A stretch of DNA of 10,801 nucleotides, from IMG/VR virus record IMGVR_UViG_3300048793_000046; one strand, written 5' to 3'. The stretch comes from a virus (Duplodnaviria; Heunggongvirae; Uroviricota; Caudoviricetes). Shown here piece by piece: positions 6,313 through 10,801 of this stretch. Under the pieces are notes generated by a model. That model did not search any database. It saw nothing but the letters and a program-made list of their open reading frames with translations, and had not been told where the DNA came from. Position numbers and translations under genes: made by a program. Numbering within the stretch: position 1 is the stretch's first letter; every line of letters begins with the position of its first letter.

Positions 6313-6888
6313 ATGGCGAACCCAATCGGCGATACTCTTATCGAAGGGTCACTCAACTCTCCGAACATCGGCAACTACTACATCGGTAAGGGCATCGTCA
6401 GCATCAAGTTGCTCGGCGAAAGCGTATTCACCGATTGCGGTAACGTCCCTCAGTTCGAGTTTATGGCGAAGGTCACGCAACTCGACCATTTCAGTTCGCG
6501 AACCGGCGTCCGCGTGAAGGACTTCACCGCCGTCATCGAACTCGCTGGCACGCTTACGATGCAACTCGAAGAGTTGACTGCGCGCAACATGGGTCTCGCG
6601 CTGCTCGGTCTTCCGACCGGCGGACCGTCGCCCGAGCCCGACACCATCAACATCTTCTCCAACCCGGTTATTTACGGGTCAGTCAAGTTCGTCGGCACGA
6701 ACGATATCGGTCCTGTCTGGACTGTGAACTTCCCGCTCGTGAAGCTGTCGCCTAACAAGGCGCTGGGCCTGATCGCCAACACGTGGGGCGTCATCGATCT
6801 CGACGGCGACGTGCTGTTCGATCAGCTTCAACAGACCTTCGGCACCGCGACTGTGACCCAGCCGCTCAACCCGACCAATGTCCTGTAA
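6313..6888 (+). CDS. Major tail tube protein (191 aa)
   Basis: GGAG at 6302-6305. Motifs NYYIGKGIVS, GNVPQFEF, LDHFSSRTGVRVKD and LEELTARNMGLALLG are typical of siphophage tail tube proteins. Strong codon bias consistent with high expression. Confidence 0.85.
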   Translation: MANPIGDTLIEGSLNSPNIGNYYIGKGIVSIKLLGESVFTDCGNVPQFEFMAKVTQLDHFSSRTGVRVKDFTAVIELAGTLTMQLEELTARNMGLALLGLPTGGPSPEPDTINIFSNPVIYGSVKFVGTNDIGPVWTVNFPLVKLSPNKALGLIANTWGVIDLDGDVLFDQLQQTFGTATVTQPLNPTNVL

Positions 6889-7057
6889 GGCGCGTTTGTC
6901 TCTGATTTCAACTGGAGGCTACTCACATGACGCCAGCACTTATCCCCCGCATGGCTACGCGGCGAAGAGCGAAGCCGAAGTCCCAGCGGCTCGGGTCAAC
7001 CTCAATGCTCTGAATGGGGTTCAAGCCGGTCCTGCTCCGCACCCTCGCACGGTATAA
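6878..7057 (+). CDS. Possible small unannotated ORF (59 aa, ...HDASTYPPHGYAAKSEAEVPAARVNLNALNGVQAGPAPHPRTV)
   Basis: Open frame from ATG 6878 to TAA 7055-7057 with G-starting, protein-like codons, filling the tube-chaperone gap. The start is unclear: the best RBS (GGAGG 6914-6918) points to ATG 6927 in a different frame. Confidence 0.35.
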   Translation: MSCKARLSLISTGGYSHDASTYPPHGYAAKSEAEVPAARVNLNALNGVQAGPAPHPRTV

Positions 7058-7100
7058 GCTTCGCCTTATCGAATGTCCCCCTCTTAATAAGGAAAAGGTT

Positions 7101-7565
7101 ATGAGCAAAATGCCCGGCCTTAACTTGGCCGATCTCGCGCCGATGTCAGAAGATGTGACAGTCGGCGATAGCTATCTTACCGTTCACGGCATCAGCGCCA
7201 AGGCTGGTCTCGAAATCTTCAAGCGCTTTCCCAAAATTACGGGGATGGTCACCGGAGAAGGGTTCAATCTCGGCACGTTCTTGGCTGTTGCTCCTGATGC
7301 AGTCGCGGCGATCATCGCAGCCGCTACGGATCAACTAGGTAACGAAGCCGCCGAAGCTGGCGCTGCCGGGCTCGGGCTCGAAACACAATTTGATATTCTC
7401 GAAGCAGTCGGGAGGTTGACCTTCACAAAGGGTTTCGCCCCTTTCGCGGAGAGGATCATGGCCCTCGCAAGCGCAGCCAACTCCGCCAGCTTTACAAGGG
7501 TGCCGGATATGAAATCGCCGCCAGCATCGAAGCCCTCATCGCCGCCGGACACTCCCCCTCAGTAG
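7101..7565 (+). CDS. Tail assembly chaperone (lambda gpG-like, 154 aa)
   Basis: The ATG at 7101 after TAAGGAAAAGG is preferred over the track's 7014 start. It lies between the tube and tape measure genes, contains slippery heptamers, and ends in a Pro/Ser-rich tail. Confidence 0.8.
   Translation: MSKMPGLNLADLAPMSEDVTVGDSYLTVHGISAKAGLEIFKRFPKITGMVTGEGFNLGTFLAVAPDAVAAIIAAATDQLGNEAAEAGAAGLGLETQFDILEAVGRLTFTKGFAPFAERIMALASAANSASFTRVPDMKSPPASKPSSPPDTPPQ
7430..7445 (+). other. Candidate -1 programmed ribosomal frameshift site: G GGT TTC (7430-7436) and C CCT TTC (7439-7445)
   Basis: Both match X XXY YYZ in the correct phase of the chaperone frame. The -1 frame is open from 7394 to TAG 7724-7726. 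Confidence 0.7.
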
Positions 7566-7726
7566 TTTGGGATTACACCCCTAGACAGATGGCCGCCTAT
7601 ACGTTTCTCGCCGTGAAGAGAATGGGTCGCGAGAACCACACCGCTCTCAGCTTGCTTTGGCTGGCGCAGAGCGGCGATGACAAGGCTGTCAAGAAGAAGT
7701 TTGAGGATTGGGAGAAGGACGGATAG
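7436..7726 (+). CDS. -1 frame extension of the tail assembly chaperone (gpT-like part; fused GT product about 208 aa from 7101)
   Basis: Reads ...GYEIAASIEALIAAGHSPSVVWDYTPRQMAAYTFLAVKRMGRENHTALSLLWLAQSGDDKAVKKKFEDWEKDG* and ends 4 nt before the next ATG. No convincing independent start or RBS. Absent from the supplied ORF track. Confidence 0.72.
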   Translation, partial: RPFRGEDHGPRKRSQLRQLYKGAGYEIAASIEALIAAGHSPSVVWDYTPRQMAAYTFLAVKRMGRENHTALSLLWLAQSGDDKAVKKKFEDWEKDG

Positions 7727-7730
7727 GTCC

Positions 7731-8243
7731 ATGGAATACACGGTTACGTTCAACACCGATGAGTTCAAGAAGGGCATCGATGAAGTTCGTGATCGCTATG
7801 CTCAGGCGATAGCCGTCTCCAGAAACATGATCGCGTCAATGATGCAAACCCAAGTCGCGGCGGATGTCGCGAGTGCGGGTAAGTATGATAGCGGCAAAGT
7901 CACTTCCGTAGTAGTGGGCGACGCGATCACCACGACAATTGATTTGCCGGGGGCGGCGCTCTTGGAAACCGGCGGCACCATTTATGGCAAGCCCCTCTTA
8001 TGGCTTCCGCTCAGCGGCACCGATGCCGAAGGTATTCAAGCGAGCGACTACGGTGACAAACTGTTTTCGGTCAATCGCGCGGCGGGCGGTCCTCCCCTCC
8101 TGTTTTCGATCAAGGATCGCGCTCCAAAATACTTCGGCGTCCCCAATGTTCATGTCCCCAAGAAATTCCACGTTGCCGAAATCGAGCAGCGCGTGATGGC
8201 GATGTACAGCGACATCTTCGAAAGCGCATTGAGCAATGGCTAG
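7731..8243 (+). CDS. Neck / tail-completion-like protein (HK97 gp10-like by motif, 170 aa)
   Basis: The ATG at 7731 is preferred over 7677, which overlaps the GT frame. An N-terminal amphipathic helix and AALLETGGTI.GKPLLWLPL resemble the xAxxxExGG motif of neck proteins. The stop overlaps the tape measure start. Confidence 0.55.
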   Translation: MEYTVTFNTDEFKKGIDEVRDRYAQAIAVSRNMIASMMQTQVAADVASAGKYDSGKVTSVVVGDAITTTIDLPGAALLETGGTIYGKPLLWLPLSGTDAEGIQASDYGDKLFSVNRAAGGPPLLFSIKDRAPKYFGVPNVHVPKKFHVAEIEQRVMAMYSDIFESALSNG

Positions 8244-10542
8244 TAATGAACTCGACCCACTTGTAGCCGAAATCCTTCTCAAGGGGGATGACGAGTTTCT
8301 CTCCAAGATTAAAAAGATAGGAGAGGACGCGGCAGACCACTTCGAGAAGCTTTCGGCTAAGGTTCTTGATGGTGCGAAATCGGCGGAGGTGCTTACCGGC
8401 GCGCTCGGCCTGATAGAGGCCGCGCTTGCTGCGGCCACTGCTGCGACTGTCGCATTCATTGAACAACAGACTGAGCTTTCTCAAAAGACTATGCTTCTCG
8501 CCGATGCGTTCGGCGTGACCGCTGGTCAGCTTCAAGATATCGAAGCCACCTTCGCGTCGGCTGGTGTCAAAGTCGAGCAGTTCGAGCGGTTCGCCAACCG
8601 CCTCACGATCACCATCGCTCGCGAGTGGCCTCAGATCGCGGAAAGCATCAGAAACTACGCGACAGAAAGCGACGCGGCTACTCTCCGTGTCTCCAGTGCC
8701 ATCCTCCGGGTACGGGACGCTCAGAAGGCACTTGCCGATAATTCGGCTGAGCGTGCAGCGACGATAGCGAAGGATAACCTCTCTCTCGAAGCGTCGTACA
8801 TCAAACTCCAGTTTGCTGCGCAGCACGCCGCTTCCGAAGCGAAGGGCGCGCTTCTTAGTATCTCAGGGGCGGCGCTCAGCACGCGGGCAGCGTTGCAGCA
8901 TCTTGCGGAGGTACAAAGCGGAAAGCCAGCTTCGAAGGAAGACAAGCATGCCCTAGAAGAGGCGCAAGCGATACAGGCTGTTGATCAGGCGAGAAAAGCG
9001 GAAGCTGATGCGCGCGTCGCTGCTCAAGAGAAGGCGGCGCAGGCGACACTAAAGATGAAGCAAGCTGAACAGGAGTACGATGATCTCGCCCGTAAGGCCG
9101 CGAAGAACGCACGGGACGATGCCGAGCAGCGAGAGAAAGATGAGAACGCGATCAAGGGAGCGGTCATCGCACGAGCGGAGGCCGAACAGAAAGAGGCCAA
9201 GCTCGCGCTGACAAATATCGCCAGCATCCGCGAAGGGCTCAACGGTATCGTTACTGGCAACAAGAGCGCGACGAGCGCCGTCAACCTGACGGAAGTCTCT
9301 GTCCAGAACTTGACCAAGGCGATTATCGCGCAAGCGGCGCAGACTTCGAAGACGGCGCAGCCTACCGGCTATGAGACGATGATCTCGTTGAGTAAGACGC
9401 TTGCAGCGGATACTGAGCATCTGATTACAGCGGAGCAGCGGCTTGCCATCGTCAACCACCTTGCCGCAACGGGTATGCAAGCACTCGGCGGCGTCGGGGC
9501 CGAACTCTTGCATGTGCTGGAGCATGACACCGCGCAATTGGAGCGCCTCAACGATCAGGTGAAAGCTCTCGATACCAAGGAAGCGAAGACGGCTGTCCAA
9601 GACTTTCGAGGCGCGCTCGCGTTGCTGACCCTTGACATCAGTATCCTGTCACAGCGGTTCGCGATTGCAGCCTCGCCCGCGTTCACGGCGTTTCTCAACG
9701 CTATCCGCAAGAGCTTCGAAGACAACAATGGCGTCATCCACGCCTTTATCAGTGGCCTTCAAGAACTCGGTCGTATCATAGGACGCGTTATAGAGGGGGC
9801 GGAAAATATCGCCACTGCCTTTGCCAAATGGATCGGCCTAAAAGACAGCGGTCCAGTGTGGATCGGGATTTTTGTCGCTCTCGGCGTCGCCATCGCTGCG
9901 GCAGCTTCCGCGCTTCTCGCGTGGCCGCTGATCATCGCCGGTATCATAACCGTCATCGGCTACATCGCCGAGAATTGGGACAAGGTCAAGAAGGGCGCTG
10001 AACAAGCTTGGCAGAGCGTCATGGATAGCAGCATCATGACGTTCTTGAAGGGAGTGCTTGATCTTGTCACGAAAATCTGGGGCTTCTTCTCAAAGATTTT
10101 CGGTTCGTCCAAGACCACGCCGAACAACCCGGACAAGGGTAGCAACGCCAGCGGCGGCAAAGCGAATGAAGCTCCTATGCCCGGCAATGCGGAGGGCGGC
10201 TATATCAGCGGCCCCGGCAGCGGCACGAGTGACAGCATTATTTCGCGTCTGTCGAATGGCGAGTTCGTTGTCAGGGCGGCGGCAGTGCAAGCGTATGGCG
10301 CTGAGCTATTCCACTCGTTGAACAACATGATGATCCCCGGCTTCGCATCCGGCGGTCTCGTACCGTCGCCCGTGCGTATGGGCGGCGGAAATGTACCGGC
10401 GACGAGCGTGTTGAACCTGTCAATCGACGGGCGGTCGTTCAATGGCTTGAAGGGTCCGAAGAGCACGATTGACGATCTCTCCAGCTTTGCTATTGCCCGC
10501 CAAGCTTCGGCGGCAGGTTCTAACCCATCATGGATGAAGTAA
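8236..10542 (+). CDS. Tail tape measure protein (768 aa)
   Basis: Long Ala/Glu/Lys-rich helical ORF with a hydrophobic stretch (VWIGIFVALGVAIAAAASALLAWPLIIAGIITVIGYIAENWDKVK) and the C-terminal GGYISGPGSGTSDSI..RLSNGEFVV motif common in tape measure proteins. At about 0.15 nm per residue this implies a tail of roughly 115 nm. Confidence 0.93.
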   Translation: MASNELDPLVAEILLKGDDEFLSKIKKIGEDAADHFEKLSAKVLDGAKSAEVLTGALGLIEAALAAATAATVAFIEQQTELSQKTMLLADAFGVTAGQLQDIEATFASAGVKVEQFERFANRLTITIAREWPQIAESIRNYATESDAATLRVSSAILRVRDAQKALADNSAERAATIAKDNLSLEASYIKLQFAAQHAASEAKGALLSISGAALSTRAALQHLAEVQSGKPASKEDKHALEEAQAIQAVDQARKAEADARVAAQEKAAQATLKMKQAEQEYDDLARKAAKNARDDAEQREKDENAIKGAVIARAEAEQKEAKLALTNIASIREGLNGIVTGNKSATSAVNLTEVSVQNLTKAIIAQAAQTSKTAQPTGYETMISLSKTLAADTEHLITAEQRLAIVNHLAATGMQALGGVGAELLHVLEHDTAQLERLNDQVKALDTKEAKTAVQDFRGALALLTLDISILSQRFAIAASPAFTAFLNAIRKSFEDNNGVIHAFISGLQELGRIIGRVIEGAENIATAFAKWIGLKDSGPVWIGIFVALGVAIAAAASALLAWPLIIAGIITVIGYIAENWDKVKKGAEQAWQSVMDSSIMTFLKGVLDLVTKIWGFFSKIFGSSKTTPNNPDKGSNASGGKANEAPMPGNAEGGYISGPGSGTSDSIISRLSNGEFVVRAAAVQAYGAELFHSLNNMMIPGFASGGLVPSPVRMGGGNVPATSVLNLSIDGRSFNGLKGPKSTIDDLSSFAIARQASAAGSNPSWMK

Positions 10543-10801
10543 ATGCCCTTTGAAAACGTTCTCCCCGCGAATGCCGACACGATCCTGACGATCTCATCGT
10601 TCGGCAATCTGTTGTATCAGGCGCGTGGTTTGACACAGACGCTCAGCGTGATTGGCGCTGCCACTCAGCAAGAGCGCACGATCAACGGCACGCTTGTCGA
10701 TATCTCGGTTGCGCAATTCCGCAAATATGCTTCGACGATCAACTCGCCTAGCGATGTTAATGCGCCACCGCTCGACGGCGTCTTCCCCGGCATGACAGTG
10801 A
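10543..10801 (+). CDS. Distal tail protein-like gene, N-terminal part (runs off the window)
   Basis: The ATG directly follows the tape measure TAA. Reads MPFENVLPANADTILTISSFGNLLYQARGLTQTLSVIGAATQQERTINGTLVDISVAQFRKYASTINSPSDVNAPPLDGVFPGMTV with no stop. Position and the ARGLTQTL / RTING / QFRKY motifs fit a post-tape-measure minor tail protein. Not in the supplied track. Confidence 0.7.
   Translation, partial: MPFENVLPANADTILTISSFGNLLYQARGLTQTLSVIGAATQQERTINGTLVDISVAQFRKYASTINSPSDVNAPPLDGVFPGMTV

Larger units (their letters stand above)
1..10801 (+). mobile_element. Phage or prophage virion structural module (long non-contractile tail type)
   Basis: Tightly packed co-oriented ORFs in the order adaptor, closure, terminator, tube, chaperone with frameshift, tape measure, distal tail. 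No sheath gene lies next to the tube gene. Free phage versus prophage cannot be decided from this window. Confidence 0.93.

Noticed and set aside
6371-6378. Third copy of the 15-bp motif (GCAACTAC, reverse complement)
   Set aside because: Only 8 bp, inside the tube coding sequence and on the opposite strand; expected by chance.
6871-6890. SPP1 gp17.1-style +1 frameshift at the end of the tail tube gene
   Set aside because: The +1 frame is open from 6857, but the terminal codons are GTC CTG TAA, with no CCC-stop or CTT-stop slippery context. It is kept only as an alternative in the small-ORF finding.
7054-7069. Hairpin ATAAG-CTTCGC-CTTAT as a terminator
   Set aside because: Only a 5-bp AT-rich stem and no U-tract.
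7014-7100. Longer start for the chaperone at 7014 (and similarly 5390 and 7677 for other genes)
   Set aside because: These lack an RBS or overlap other features; the downstream ATGs (7101, 5417, 7731) have better RBS or coupling context.
254-10607. Long minus-strand and alternate-frame ORFs in the track (e.g. 254..955, 1055..1747, 4238..4822, 8110..8826, 9049..9600)
   Set aside because: They fully overlap well-supported + strand genes, have Arg/Ser/Pro-skewed composition and no recognisable motifs, as expected for shadow ORFs in GC-rich DNA.

Overview
A continuous + strand virion morphogenesis block of a siphovirus-type phage or prophage. GC is roughly 60% by eye; an alphaproteobacterial host is a guess from sequence style only. 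Gene order: three collagen-containing fibre-like genes (the first truncated by the window edge), two small beta-sandwich-like proteins, head-tail adaptor, head closure, tail terminator, tail tube, tail assembly chaperone with an unannotated -1 frameshift extension, a neck-like protein, a 768-aa tape measure protein, and the start of a distal-tail-like gene. The most unusual features are (i) an interrupted-collagen repeat of about 36 aa (xFIMLMEGNDGADGADSFVPGPxG) shared by separate genes lying upstream of the adaptor, which suggests head or neck fibres, (ii) an exact 15-bp intergenic motif present twice with a conserved promoter-like geometry, and (iii) two back-to-back slippery heptamers in the chaperone gene. 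All product calls come from motif recall and synteny; no database search was run.
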